A DNA stretch of 63,717 nt, the filler included, from Parasitella parasitica NRRL 2501 (lineage: Eukaryota > Fungi > Mucoromycota), in NCBI GenBank assembly GCA_025201805.1. It is 7 parts of 7 records of this genome, joined end to end, with 100 filler letters (N's around TTAATTAATTAA, not from the genome) between each part and the next. Parts side by side here need not be neighbours in the genome. Positions count along the whole stretch, not along the records: positions 28,827 to 39,767 come from MU619270.1; positions 39,868 to 48,171 come from MU619368.1; positions 48,272 to 51,956 come from MU619367.1; positions 52,057 to 58,563 come from MU619479.1; 3 more parts are not named here. One strand, given 5' to 3'. The position numbers and the translations under genes are program-made. How positions within the stretch are numbered: position 1 is the first letter of the stretch; each line of letters starts with the position of its first letter. Below the pieces are notes generated by a model, which worked only from the letters and a program-made list of their open reading frames with translations, made no database searches and was not told where the DNA came from. Positions 39,251 through 53,149 of the stretch are shown in pieces.

Positions 39251-39867
39251 AAATTATTAGGCAAAATCTGTTTTGGAATGGAGCAATGCAAAGCTCGATT
39301 TCTATCTTTGGTATTGCAGAATTTACAGACGTCTCTGTACCGCACCACCAAGCCCAGAACAAAGTATAACAACATATAATGAAGTCGTGTCTTGGCTTTT
39401 GAAGAGGCTGATGCCTCGGTATTCCTACAAATATTCACCTCTTTTCGGGTACGAGGAACATCACGCTTTCTTCGGTAGCTACGAATTGGTCAGTATTGGA
39501 TGGATTGAATGCGCAAAAGCAGCATTACAAAGATTGAAAGGTGTATTGGAGTTAATATCCTGCATGAGTCACCATTAAATTGCTTTTAGGTGCTGTGCAA
39601 CGGCTTTTATAAATGCAAATATTTCTACTATCAAGTTTATGAAATGTACGTTACTACAGTTGACGAAACTAGGTTGGGCCAATGAAAATAAATTTTGGTC
39701 ATTTCCAAATTGAGTTGGGACACGATTACAAAAATGGGTCACCAATACGAAAATGGGACAACAAGATNNNNNNNNNNNNNNNNNNNNNNNNNNNNNNNNN
39801 NNNNNNNNNNNTTAATTAATTAANNNNNNNNNNNNNNNNNNNNNNNNNNNNNNNNNNNNNNNNNNNN

Positions 39868-40213
39868 CAAGTTAGATCTCGGTTCTAAGGTCATTTTAGC
39901 ACAAGTTATGAGCAAATATGCGATGTTTATGATAAATATTGAAAAATAAAATTGTTTTTGCATATAACTTTTGATAGAGACATTGCCCAGTGGAAATCAA
40001 GTTATGCTCAAATAGCGATGATTATTCCAGTACTTATGGCGCATAAGAAAGGCTTTGATTTGCTTTTTACCGCAGCCTATCATTGATTATACGTAATTTT
40101 GACATGTAAATATGTGATATCATGTGATAACTTTATAGATATCGATGAAAACATGGATGCCAATGTTGCTGCTAGATAGCGCCAAGTCAATGCTAAGTTT
40201 TCCAAGTTAGATC
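39868..40213 (+). repeat. ~335-bp tandem repeat (starts at contig edge; continues at 40635-40715 after an LTR insertion)
   Basis: CAAGTTAGATC occurs at 39868 and 40203, and the stretch is homologous to 28827-29187. Confidence 0.85.
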
Positions 40214-40218
40214 GCAGT

Positions 40219-40629
40219 TGATCTGCCATAATTATAGATAAGAGATCATGGCAATGTACTTCAATTGAATATCGAAGATTGTCCAATGATATGATGTGGT
40301 ACGCTTGTGCAAATTGGAGAATAAAGTTTCTGTTTCAAACCAAGAAGAATATTCCTGTAAGTAACACAGATCTGAGCACCTGGATAAAGGTTAAGGCACT
40401 GTCAGATCAAAGACGTGTAGCCCTTGCTGTATAATCTCATATCGTACCCTGTCAAGTAGATTGTCACTGTGAGTTAGTCTTGTCAATTAGTAATCTAAAT
40501 AAGTCACCATAAATTTATGTAGCTGTAAAAATTATAAATAGCAGATGCAATTTCGATCTTAATTAAAGTATCTTTAGTTTTCGTATCTCGTTAACCTTTG
40601 GTTTTTATTTTATCTTTTTTGATCCAACA
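40219..40629 (+). mobile_element. Solo LTR, family B (411 bp) with 5-bp target-site duplication
   Basis: TG...CA ends, GCAGT on both flanks (40214-40218 and 40630-40634) and internal TATAAATAGCAG. It interrupts the 335-bp unit. Confidence 0.8.
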
Positions 40630-40739
40630 GCAGTTCTACGGTTATTTTAGCAAAAGTTATGAACAAATGTCTGATATATTCATGATAAATATTGAAAAAT
40701 AAAGCTGTTTTTGCAAAAATGCTCGGCCATAAGCTAAAA

Positions 40740-41057
40740 TAAGAATCTACCTCGATTGAAGTTTGGAGATTGTCAAATTATGTGGTTTTATACGTGGAAG
40801 CAGGAGAGAAAAGTCTCTGTTTCAAATCGAGAGCATTATCTTTAACATAGATCTGTATGATTGACAAACATTAAAGTACTGTTAGATCAAAAGTCAATAG
40901 CCTTGTAGTATAGTAAATACATCTTACCCTGTTTAGGATATGATGTTGCTTGCAAAATAATCCTATCGATTAGTATCGACTAGTATTTTAACTTAGTTAC
41001 CAAAAATTTATGTAGTTGTAAAAATGTATAAATAGCAGATACTCAAGTTGAATCTTC
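40740..41057 (+). mobile_element. Second, truncated family B LTR
   Basis: Diverged direct repeat of 40260-40560; closely similar to 27797-27925. Confidence 0.6.
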
Positions 41058-41865
41058 AATCATCTTTCTTTCAGCAGATTAGATTTATATTAGCCATACA
41101 AGGGCTCTTGAATTACATCAAACGATTTCCACACGGTCAAAGTAGCATACTGATATGATCTTAAAGCGTTTATTTTTTAATCAAATTTTGATCATGAGGG
41201 GAGTCCAGGGAGATAATGCTAATTTCAGTTAGTGAAAAATGAAATTTCAGTTTTTGAAAATTTGTTGAATAACTCAAAAAAAAAAATAGCATATTACGTA
41301 GTAATTACGATATAAAACGTTTATATGCTAACTATAGTTTGTTCTGAAGGTGAAGGTGAAAAGGATTGTTTTTTTTAAAAAGAAAAAAAAAAATTGGCAA
41401 AAAATAGACCAGCATCAACTTGCTGCAAATATAAAATTTAAATTTTGCCATCTGGTTGTTTATTATGCAATTATTCTTTGCCAAATGCTTCGGTGCCGTT
41501 GAAGTAAGTTGGAGGAAACTATGTTTAATAGTATCTAAGCTCTACGATATTAGAGAAAATATTGCTGCATTCAGACTGTGTCGGGCAACGAGATATGTAG
41601 AGGTGCTTATTGATAAATATGCAAAAATTACCAAGCTATAGAATGCTTGTATGGCTTAAAACATATTCTACCTCGAAGCCTTGTCTCAGCAAGGCGTAAA
41701 TCAAAGCGGATATTTCCGACCTGAGAGCTTACAATAAAAGTGAGCCCATCTTAAAAGAACCAATGAGCGCATTTTTCATGCAAATGTCTTGATGATTAAT
41801 TGGTATATCCAAGTTTCAGTCTTAGCTTTTTTCTCTTTTCTTTTCTCTCAGTTAATATTCAAAAT

Positions 41866-43332
41866 ATGGCACACAGAGAAGGTATTACGACAAGCACAAC
41901 AGACTGGACAATGGTTCGGGCATCCAGCTTGATTCATGACCAAAAAATGATTGAAATGTAAAGACATCTGACGAATATGACATGATGAAGGGGTTCCATA
42001 TCTGATATTTGCACTTTAGCAATGGAAGCGTATCTGTCGAGGAAGCATGTCAAGTCCTTGTCGAGAACAATATTTCTTCTGCTCCAGTGTTTGTTGATAG
42101 TGAAAAGGGACATTATATTGGCATGTTTGATTACGGAGATGTTATCGCGTATATCTTGCTAGTTCTTCATCGCAAGCCGGATCAAAAAGAGAGCAATGAT
42201 ACTATTGATCTTGAATCGTTAGAAATCAAGGATATTATTCAAAGAGCATTACAAGGTCAAAAAGTGCCTGTTGGCATGGCTAGTGGTATGTAATATTAAA
42301 CTATTTTTTATCTCGTGTTAGGAAAGGAATTATGTTGTGATAACCTGAATCATATACACACACAGATCTATCAAGAAAAAATCCGTTTTATTCCATTCTT
42401 GAGGAAGCAACTTTGCTATCAGCAGTAGAAATATTTGCTAGTGGAACTCATAGAGGTAAATATTGCGACATGTTTACCATTTCTGTATCCTTAATCTTCT
42501 GGGCATATTTGGGCAGTAAGCATATTAGAACCTGATGGTTCAGTCAAGGGTATTTTGTCACAATCCACAGTTGTCAAGTATCTATTTGAGAATAGAAAAC
42601 GATTTCCTGAAATTGACAGCGTTTTAGACAAGACGGTAAGTATTTATTGGGGATCCTTTATATGGGGCTTCTAATACTGGTTGAAAGATCCGTGAATTGA
42701 ACCTTGGGAACGAACCTGTCATAGGTGTAAACGCTGACGCAACGGTATTAGATGCTATTTCATTAATGAGTAAGTTGACGTTGTGGTGTTAAATAATGAA
42801 ATCACGAATTTCTATCGTTGTAGGCAAGCATGGTGTTTCATCAGTTGCAGTGTTGCGTGGGAAGGCTGTAGCAGGTAACATCAGCATGACAGATGTCAAA
42901 GTAAGTGTGGAAGTAGTTGAGTGTCGTGTAAGCAAAGATAGCTGAAGAAACGCGTTCAATAGCATGTCATGAAAGGAAACTCACATCGATTATTATGGAA
43001 AACATGCTTCCAATTTGTCAGCCATGTCAGAACGCAACAAGGCATTATTGATGGACAGGTAAGCATTGCGTCTAGTCGAGTATATAAAACAGGCAGTATC
43101 AACAAATGTGTAACAGGACCGTTTGCCTGTATTTGATGTTCGTCAAGAGACATCCCTAGGATTCACAGTTGCCAAATTACTCGCTACAAAAGCACATCGT
43201 GTGTGGGTTGTAGATGAACATAGTCAAGCTACAGGGGTTGTTTCTCTAACAGATGTTATTTGCGTGATCGCTTCGCTCGTAGACGTTCAAGTGAATGAGC
43301 GTCGTGCTAGTATGGCCACTTCCAATTGCTGA
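41866..43332 (+). CDS. CBS-domain protein, Sds23/Sds24-like, multi-exon
   Basis: DWT..ASSLI, SVEEACQVLVENNISSAPV, GMFDYGDV, DLSRKNPFY, GTHRV, GILSQS, GNISMTDVK and TVAKLLATKAHRVWVV..GVVSLTDV. Confidence 0.9.
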
Positions 43333-44624
43333 TTCTTTTTTCTTTCAATAAATCGTATATGCTTAAATTTGCAGTTTATGACTTCTGATCAGTGAATATT
43401 GCGCTATCTGGTGCTTGCACATTGTAAATTACTAACTATTTCTGATAGTAAGCTGTTTCACGACAGTTTAACAAGAGCAAACCAATTATGCCTTGTTTTT
43501 ACAGACAGGCAAAACGTAAGCTTACCAGAGAAGAAAGTAGCGAGCTTCCTAACTTGAGTTTTATAAGCTTGCAAGACGGGCGAAGATAAAAGGAGGGGGC
43601 AAACAAAGTTGGCAAAATAAATTTATCTTCAAGAATGCAAGCAAGAGTAAGTTTATTTGCCAAGTTGCAGTATTACGCTGGCCAAATATATATCTAGTGG
43701 AATTACAAAAGCAAGGTGTTGGGATACGAATAATATCCCATTTATGAGGTCATTATGTATACCTTCGGTAAAATGAGGACAGATTTGAAGGCCCTTGAAT
43801 CGGTACCAAAGCCTGGAGGATGCGATTGCAAAGAACGCAAATTAGGAATCTTGGATGATTTTATAGTTAGAAGTATATATCTACAAACAACATTCTGAAA
43901 AAATGCCCAACATAGTCTGTTATCGTTTTACTGATCTCTACAAGGCTTACTATCAGTTGTGCCGCCTTACTTGATTTTCTTAATAAAATTGCAAAAGGTT
44001 AAATATTATCCTATGCCCGCTTTCACGATAAAGAATCGTTGCATCTGCAGCATCAAATCCTGCAGTTTTGGGCCGTACTGGGGTTTTGACTGAAAGAAGC
44101 GTATATACATTCTTTCCAAAGTCTATTTATAATAGACAATTGACTATGCATTTGATACGTCTTTTTGCTTGTAAAAATGTAAAAGCCTCCAACAATATAT
44201 ATGTCTGTTTCTCTCATCAGGTTTTGAAGAATCAGAGGTTAATAGTTACTTGTTTATCTAGATCAAGGTATATATGGCTTTAGTTGTTGGATAATTTCTG
44301 TTTAAGTATGATAAGGTATCATCTTGAATTAGCCCAAGACAAAATTGTCAAGGCTGAACGCAAATTTGCACATAAACATCCATATGTTTGATTAAAGAAA
44401 TTTTTTTTTGGTGTATGTATAATAGAAATCGTGTATGATATGTATGACCATTATTTTGGCCACAAGCCTTGATTGGTAAAACTTAAAATGTTTAATTATC
44501 CACAGAAGAAGTAGTCTGTTACTTTTTACACAAGAAAGCAGGATAATCTAATGTTTCCTTTCATTTGATNNNNNNNNNNNNNNNNNNNNNNNNNNNNNNN
44601 NNNNNNNNNNNNNNNNNNNNNNNN

Positions 44625-44663
<39 letters not shown>

Positions 44664-45512
44664 AGAGAAAGATTAAAACAAGAATTGGCAGAATATTTTT
44701 CATCAAGAACATTAATAAAAGCATGTGTAATAGAATTGGATAACTTGGGCATGTTCAATGCGAAGAAGAGATCATCAGCTAAGGGTGGAGAGGATAGTAC
44801 TGTATTATGCTTTGAATCCCAGATTTCAAGCATGAATTAAGATATAAGGAATCAAGAATAGTACCTTGAAATTACTTTGAATTCGACAAACACTTGAAGA
44901 AATTCAAGTTCTACGGATTGAGCCATATGAATACCGCTCCTTTCATTGTCTCCTTAAATCTTGTCATCAGATAATAAGTGGATAAGGCCTTGCTCCGCAG
45001 ATGAAAGTTAGTAAAGAACTCCATTTTAATATCAGGGATTAATATACAGGAGAAATGAGCGCGCTCCTGTACTAAACTCCCATGTATCTATTTGCACCAC
45101 CTAATTCAAATAATACGGTCTATTTGATTGACTCATCAAATATGTATGAAAAAAAAATTTTTTTCGCTGCATATGATAGTTCAATCTGCAGGTAATGTTG
45201 ACTTGACGGATTCTTTTAATTTCCCGTTGTAAATGTAATTATTACAATTCACCTCTATAATACCTAGAGTGGCGTCATGTGTCACAGTGATGTTTCCGGT
45301 TTCTACAGCTATTGTTCTGTTCAGGAATTTAGAATTTTTAGTATCAACAGCATCTAGAACAATAGTGGTAATCAAGATTTCCTAAAACTAGTTACAAGCT
45401 TTATTTAAATAAAGAATGTATGTAGCGGATAGTTGCAGTATTGATGTCTAATATAAGCATCGATATAAATTAAATTTGAGCTGATTGATGCCGTTTTTAT
45501 TAGTCGTGTACA

Positions 45513-45719
45513 TTAATTCTTCATTCGAGCAATTGCGTAGATGCGATTTTCATGTAACATAGTCATATAGTCAATATCCAAGTAGACAGGGCCTTGCAAT
45601 ACTGTATTTGATTCGATCCAACCCGATTTATTTGCTTGCCAATATCTTTCAATTTCAGAGGATGTAGTGCTGTCCAAGGTCTGCCACGTTGAGTCAAATG
45701 CGATTTTCCAAACCGCCAT
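45513..45719 (-). CDS. Small WWE-like protein (68 aa)
   Basis: W-x7-W..LD..TS..IE..W..VYLDIDYMTM..YAIAR pattern. Start context AAAAATGG with an upstream TA-rich box. Confidence 0.6.
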   Translation of the reverse strand: MAVWKIAFDSTWQTLDSTTSSEIERYWQANKSGWIESNTVLQGPVYLDIDYMTMLHENRIYAIARMKN

Positions 45720-48271
45720 TTTTTTTTACAGAATTAGAAAATAAAATAAAAAAGAGATGGAAAGGGGATAAAGAAAAAGAGATAGAAGGAGTTTCTTTTT
45801 TTAAATACACTGCACATACGGGAATATTAACATTTGTAGCAACTTCTATCAACAAATTTTGCACAGATACGATAAAAAAAAGTATGACCAAGTTACCCAT
45901 TATTAAGGGAGTTTGATTGCGTACATTTGAATATATTGTGTAACTATACCTGCTTATTAAATGCCTGTTTGGTTTTGACATTTCGAGTAGTAATCTTTAG
46001 CAATGAGGGTTTATGTCAATCAACACATATAGATGATAGGATCGATATCAAAGTTGTAAATATCCTGTATTTTTATCTATGGATCTTTTAGCTCATGTGA
46101 TAACGTTGTCTGTTCCTTAAATGAATCCAACAGCCGCAAATAAATTTATAGCATAAATTTATCCACATGTCAAGTTTGTTACTTATTAAAAATATTCTTC
46201 GCTTATATGTAACTAAAATTGGACAGTAACAATAGCTCATTGATTCTCGGATGAAGCATTTCAATTCGATAGACCATCGGGCAATCCGAAGGATTTAGGT
46301 TGCTTAGATTTGAGTTTCTCCCACATCATAAAACACTGATGAGCTGAACATAGTGTATATTGGTTAGATAAATCTTGCATAAAAAAGTATAATATACAAT
46401 GTTGTAGTCATTCATTAAGCTCAATTGCTTGTTTTCGAACTATTATTTTTCAGGATCTTGACCAAGTTCCGTGTTTTGTCGTTCCTAATGTTTATCCATA
46501 AAAAGCAATCACGATGAAATCGGAGATATTTCTATATCTGGTAGTATGGCGATCTCACCCCCCCCTCGACTCTAAATCATTGAAAAGGCATAAATTGTAT
46601 ACAAACCGCAACTAATGCTATGTGATTCGCGTTTTATTTTCAGTTTCATACTTTTTATATTTTAAATATATGCTCTGATAAGCTCTTGTATGAATTCCGT
46701 GGATTCTCTTTTTAAAATTAAGGTTTGTGTATCATATCTGCAATTTAAAGCTGGAGAGCTGGACACAATCGCTTGGCTAACTGGAGAAGAGGTTAATTAA
46801 TTTGCCTGTAGTTCGGATCAGTCGTTCTATTATATGTGTAGCTCGAATATATAGATGTATTCTGCGTGGGCCATAGTAGCAAATGTCAATTGGTGAAAAT
46901 ATATCATCACCAAGAGGATTTTCAGTTGCGCACGCTTCATTGGCAGTAAAAGCAATACATAAAAACAAGAGAAAGCGCACATTGCATTGTATTATCTACT
47001 AGAACATGTTTCCAGACCGAAAAGTTGCCATATTTGATATTGAAGCACGGCTTTTTCAATGCTTGCTAGGCGTAAATATGATGCCTGCGTCTATCATTTT
47101 AGTTTTAGGTACAATATATTTAAGCTAAATATTATAGTATAGAGAGTTAAAACTGTTTTTTTAAAGCTATTGGAGTCATCATCTAATCGATTGCTCCCGA
47201 TTTCACAACACCACCTCAAATCTATTCATGTGAGGGACCTGGACTTTGCCAATGAAGTGATTTAATGTATGTAAATGTGTAAACCTTTTAGTTTGTAGAT
47301 AGAATTTAATTTACTAAAATAAATAAAAAGTAGGGCAGTTCGTCAAAGCAAAAGCTATAGAAGCATAATTTTAAGAGTCTGTATGCTTAATCCTGTGATA
47401 ATGATGCCTTTTTTTGCAATGAATTCATTATTTTAACCCCTTAAAAATACGTCCACATACAATGTCTTTTTTACTACATCTGATGGTATAGTTCAAAAAA
47501 GTATTTTACTGCAAAAGTTTCGTGATTAACTTCTTTGAATAAAAAATGGGTTCATGTCCACAAGTAAATAGTTTCAAAATACTTTTTTGAATTCATGTAT
47601 TTAGAGTCATGGAGGAAGGCCACATTCTTTTCTCTCTCCACATTATTGTGTATGTTATGGTCGTTTCGCAAACAAAAATAAAAACGATATCATCTAGTTT
47701 GGGACGGGAGGCTCTCATTAATACTGACATAATATCCTCCTAACGAATGTTATACTAACATCCGTTCGATATCTTCATAAAAACGATTCTAGTACTTGTT
47801 TGTGTGAAAAATCATTCTATGCAGTATATAACTAAAAAAAATATTTTTAGAAATAAAAATATTTTATTTCCTTCAATAAAAAATGCAAAAAAGTCGAAAA
47901 CCTTCCTAATTCAGAAGGAAATAACTGAATATTTCCCTACATTTGAGACAGTAAAATTAAATCCTGACTTGCCACGAAATCTCGTTATTATTAGAGCCCT
48001 GAAGTTAGAAATCATGTATAAACCTTCAGATTTTCAATTTATTCTATTAAAAAACAATACATATCAACCATTATTTTGCTTGTTAATAATGTGTCAACTA
48101 TGTCATTCGCTTTTAATGGTCGCAAAAGACGCCTTATTGCTATTAATGATGAAGAAGAACAAATCTCAGATNNNNNNNNNNNNNNNNNNNNNNNNNNNNN
48201 NNNNNNNNNNNNNNNTTAATTAATTAANNNNNNNNNNNNNNNNNNNNNNNNNNNNNNNNNNNNNNNNNNNN

Positions 48272-50674
48272 GTGTATACTCTGGTTTAGTCTTATGAATT
48301 GATGTCAAGTTGGATAGCTATTACCTGACGTCATGGATGTTACAAAAGGCATATACATTCAGAATATTCACATAAGTTGGTAGTAGAAACAGGTATTGAG
48401 AGAAACTTGTAGCCATATGCCAAGGATCAAGGTAAAGCGCACTTGCTATAACGTATAAGCCGTATGTAGCCAGTAAAGAAATGACCACATTTCTAAATCC
48501 AGGTTGGCTTAGCAGTAGACTGAAGTTACCAAGCGCATTGTTCGGATCCCATCCAGCTGTATTCATGCCTTGTTGGAAGCTCTTATAAGCCAACCAGCCG
48601 CCTGCGAACGAAGTATACACCATGATTAACCCATAGGCAACCACTGATATAATAAACATCCATTTTGACCTACCCGCGTAGATAAAATTAGTCAATGTCA
48701 TCATTACTACAAATGTATATTACCCCTGTGGTCTATTTCCCATAGAGCATATAAACGAAGTGATAAACAGGAATATATAGAGGTATCTCAGCGACAAGAA
48801 TATATGATCGCCCCAACCATTTCCAAAAGGATCCATCTCGGGCGAAGCTAGTGATTTTGTTACAAAATAAAATGTCAAGTAGAAGTTTGCCTATATTCGT
48901 TATTGAGTAAAAAAACAAAATAAAACAAAACGCCCTTTTTCATCGATGGTTACTTGCCATTCCTAGCCAACTGAACAAAAGGTTTAAAAAATTAAAGAAA
49001 AACTCGATAGACAAAGTAATCTTTCTTCCTGCCGAATGATTTGTACTCCATATGCGAGAGAAATGCCATTGAGAGTAGACGGCAGCAAAAAAACTCCCAT
49101 TGAGCCATCGGCGACGTTGAGATATAAATTCTGGTAGCTGATCTGGACAATCTGTCTCGCCAAAGGCTGTTTGCACGTATTTCAATACCCATCTCTGGTG
49201 TTTTTTAGCTATTAATTCAAAGCATAATATTCGATCCTCGGCCAGATACATGTTTGCAGTAAATATATCAGCATTGTCCGTCTCATCATGCTTTTCACCC
49301 AGAAAGTATTTTTGCAATGGACCTACGCCATTGGCATCATTCTGCAATGCTGCATATCTGTACGCTGAAAAGGCTCCAGGTAAAACTGAAATATACCCAA
49401 AGACTGATTCTAATGGCTTATCCAGAATATTGGACATTTTGTATTCAAAGTTTTGTGCTGCTACCAATGGATTAAGTAAATCCACACATGCTGTACCCTT
49501 CATGACGCATATTTCACCACAAGCACCGCCTACATTTTCATTTGTATCAAACGCCTTCCATAAATGATAGATGGACGAATTTCCAGGCCTCGTACCAACA
49601 TCTAGTAAAACGCAGATATTGGGCTGGAGAATTGGCCCAAAGGCATTAAAAAACCAACGGTGAGAGTTGATCTTTTTGGCATTCTGTTCCTTTAGACAAA
49701 ATAGTATCTGCACTGGCACGATTCCTTTTTCTGCACCTCTGACTCTCATATCTGAATCGACTGACACTTGCGTTGTGTACTGTAATTGCGGTTAATATAC
49801 ATGTCAAAAAGCTCAAAGCTCAAAGCTTACTTGCCTCAAACAGGTGCGCTTGAACTGGCTTGTCATTTACAATGTTCTTGGCGATACCTTTCTGATATAC
49901 ACCCATTGTAGTCAAAACATCCATCACTCGAGGATCGCATTTCTTACGACCATCTGCTACAACGCAAACCACTACCTTTTTCCAGCCTTCAGTATCCCAC
50001 ACTCTTGACCGAGACCTTGAGCATAAATGTGCAATGTTCTTCATCACACCATGCATTGTACGGCAAAACAATACCTCGTCTTCCTGCATATGAAGGATCA
50101 GTTTTTGATAACTATACTTGAGCCAAAGACTTACATTATACATTGTCATGACAATAAAAAGCTCTGTCTCTCGGTTCATTAATTGCGATCGTAATGTGTA
50201 CTTGTTTGCTGCGAAATCATTTGGGTCGCAAGTAACTGCGGAATACCTCATCATGCTGAATTCTTTCTCTTTTCGGGCGCTGGCTTCCATAAGTCTGGTT
50301 GGTACAGGACAATCAAGAACAAGGTTGCCCTGAAACAATGCTACTTTTTTTTTGTGTGTATTTGACCTTTTCACAGGTTTTCGCTGATAAGTGTTGTTGA
50401 TAAATCCAGGAGAAGGAAACGCTCCTGGAATGGATGGACTACCACGCATTATCATTGGACTTGGTGCAACTGACCGAAGTCCTGGCTGATAAGGTCTGCA
50501 TAAATAACTTGGCAATGTTGGTCCACTGTGGTGATCCATGCTGGGATTAGTATGTAAGAAGTTTGCATGTGAATTGAACCCTGGGTCTCTGTATCTTCCA
50601 GGTGTCATATTTTGCAGATTTGGTGCAGAATATCTGGATGAGTCGCTTTCATTTGGATTGTTATTTGGCTGCAT
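48272..50674 (-). CDS. Chitin synthase (class I/II type), multi-exon, 3' end cut by gap
   Basis: Motifs [77 protein letters not shown] and QRRRW. Confidence 0.97.
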
Positions 50675-51539
50675 TTTTGATGGAAAGAAAGAAAGGAAAA
50701 ATTGTATATTGTTGATTTAATTGCTTTTGTAAATAATCCCCGAGTATGCATTTTGCCACTATCCCACTGGAATATCTTGGATATACAAATTGAGAATATA
50801 ACCGCATACATGTCAATTTAATGGATTTTATGCCATTGTTTAGATGTAACATCAACAGCTAATCGTTTAAGCAACAGCACGAAACTGTATAGCTATACAT
50901 TTAAGTCGATCATGTATACGTCGAGGGTTAGAGTTTAGGTCATCTTGAGCATCAATCAATGTCGTCTTATACAATACAACTGCTAAAACTTTGGGTTTAC
51001 CATTTGGTATAACAATCGAATTGAGGTACGACCAAGTTTTATCTGATACATATAACAAATAATATTCCGTACAAGCTTGTAAATTTCAGGGCAGAAACAA
51101 AATCAAAAACAAGAAATATGTTTTTTCATTCGAAATATGTATTGCACGCATTATCCTCTATAGTCGAGCTGGTAACTTTTGTCGGTTTGAAAAAAGCAGA
51201 ATTCGTCTAGTACTTTTCGTCTAGCCTTTTCATGGGTAAAATAAATGGTCAAAGAAAAAAGTGTCGATAAGAATTATGTTTTATTTATTCGTGCATTTCT
51301 GCATTAGTATCTCATGATATACTATTTATTTGCCATTTATTAGCTGCACTGTATTGTATTGTCGTGACAAATATGAGAATTATAAGAACAATTTATATAA
51401 GAGATAAAAGTCAACCTTCATTTATTTGACAAGTAATTTTCTATTTATACGGTATGAAGATAATGTTTAAGATCAACATGAGTGTAAATTGACAAAAATA
51501 CTGTCTACACACACTACTTCCAAAAATATTTGCAAAAAA

Positions 51540-51613
51540 TGCTCATTACAAGGGTCGAACTTGTGACCTTGGCGTTATTAGCACCACGCTCTAACCAACT
51601 GAGCTAAATGAGC
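51540..51613 (-). tRNA. tRNA-Ile (anticodon AAT)
   Basis: Reverse complement GCTCATTTAGCTCAGTTGGTTAGAGCGTGGTGCTAATAACGCCAAGGTCACAAGTTCGACCCTTGTAATGAGCA: acceptor stem GCTCATT/AATGAGC, anticodon loop CTAATAA and T-loop TTCGA. Confidence 0.96.
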
Positions 51614-52252
51614 ACTTTTCTTTCTCCTAACCAATTTTTTACCTAATTTGGAACATTCACTTTTTGTAAGAAATTGTATAACACTTCATCCATCCATCTC
51701 GATAAAAGCTTCATCATTGCATCCTTCGAGAAAATTAGCTCACCTACTTCGTTGCCTTCAGATTCTCTTTTTTCTGGCTTGAAACGGCCTATTTCGTCTC
51801 GATCTCCACCTTTATTTGCGTTTGATCTCGTACAACAAATAAAGTCCAAAAGATCCTCAACAACATTTGGAGATCCCAAGCCCGCTCCTCCTGCCCAAAT
51901 GAATCTATCAACACCAGATATGATTGATTTCGGTGTTACTGCCCTCCCGTCTGCCTNNNNNNNNNNNNNNNNNNNNNNNNNNNNNNNNNNNNNNNNNNNN
52001 TTAATTAATTAANNNNNNNNNNNNNNNNNNNNNNNNNNNNNNNNNNNNNNNNNNNNAATTCTTTCAAATTTCAAGTATTCCTTATTTTTTTTAGTTTTTT
52101 TTTTTTTTCCATCCATCGTATCAAGGTGTTCATACAAAATAAATAAAAAGCTAAAGTTTTCAATCAAATATTGTCTTTTTTCTCTTGTTTCCATTTTATT
52201 TTTTAAACTTATCTACTTTTTTCCTTTTAGCATGAATTTCGCTTTCTTCAGA

Positions 52253-53116
52253 ATGAACAACAATGAAGACGAAGTCTTTCAATTGACTCATAATAGAAGA
52301 ATGCAAATTCAAACTTATAGAAATTTCAGCGAGCAAACCGCATTGCACTATTGGTGTTGTGTTTGCTTGAAAAACCTCTATCCCGAAGAGGTTCACTACA
52401 ATAAAAATTTGAGGATAGACAACAACCTCCCAGCATATAGATGGGGGTATACTGCACAAACTAACGCAAAAGGGCATGCCGTTACATGCAGATCGCACAA
52501 GGAGACGAGCATTATCAAAGATACTGAATTCATTTTTCCTGGAAAAGAATTGGAGATAACAAAGCAACTAAACTATAGAGAATTATCCATGTTATCGCCC
52601 ATCAAGTTAATGTCAAAAATGACAAGAAAAAAATCTGGCTTTCATGGAAGACTTGGCCACTATGAACTTTCTGGAGACGTTTATATTAAATTCAACTACG
52701 AATTTGCGTCGATGCTTTATCAAGGATCATCAAGCTTATTCTTTATAGACAACGCGAACCGTTTAGGTGGGTGCATTTTCTTTTTTAAAAAAAAAAAAAA
52801 AAAAAAAAGTTTATTTCCTTGAAACAACTAACTTGCATTAAAAGCTATAAACATGCAAGTTGTACGAGCAGCCTGGAAAGAACTTACTGATCAGAACCCC
52901 TTACTCAAACAATACAGACTGCCACACATCGAGTCTGCCCTTGTGAAACATCACGTATCAACATATCCAGAACGGGTCGGGCTTAGAGATAATACACATG
53001 GAGAGTATTCTGATTACATCAACCGCGACAATAATTGGGAAAATAAAATGGCTCGCCCATTAGCTGATGGAACAGCAGGAATTGCTGAAGATGGAGAAGA
53101 GTAATGAGACGTTTTA

Positions 53117-53149
<33 letters not shown>

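Noticed and set aside
47492-47591. 16-bp inverted repeat TTCAAAAAAGTATTTT
   Set aside because: AT-rich and short with no TSD or second copy in the window; at most a MITE relic.
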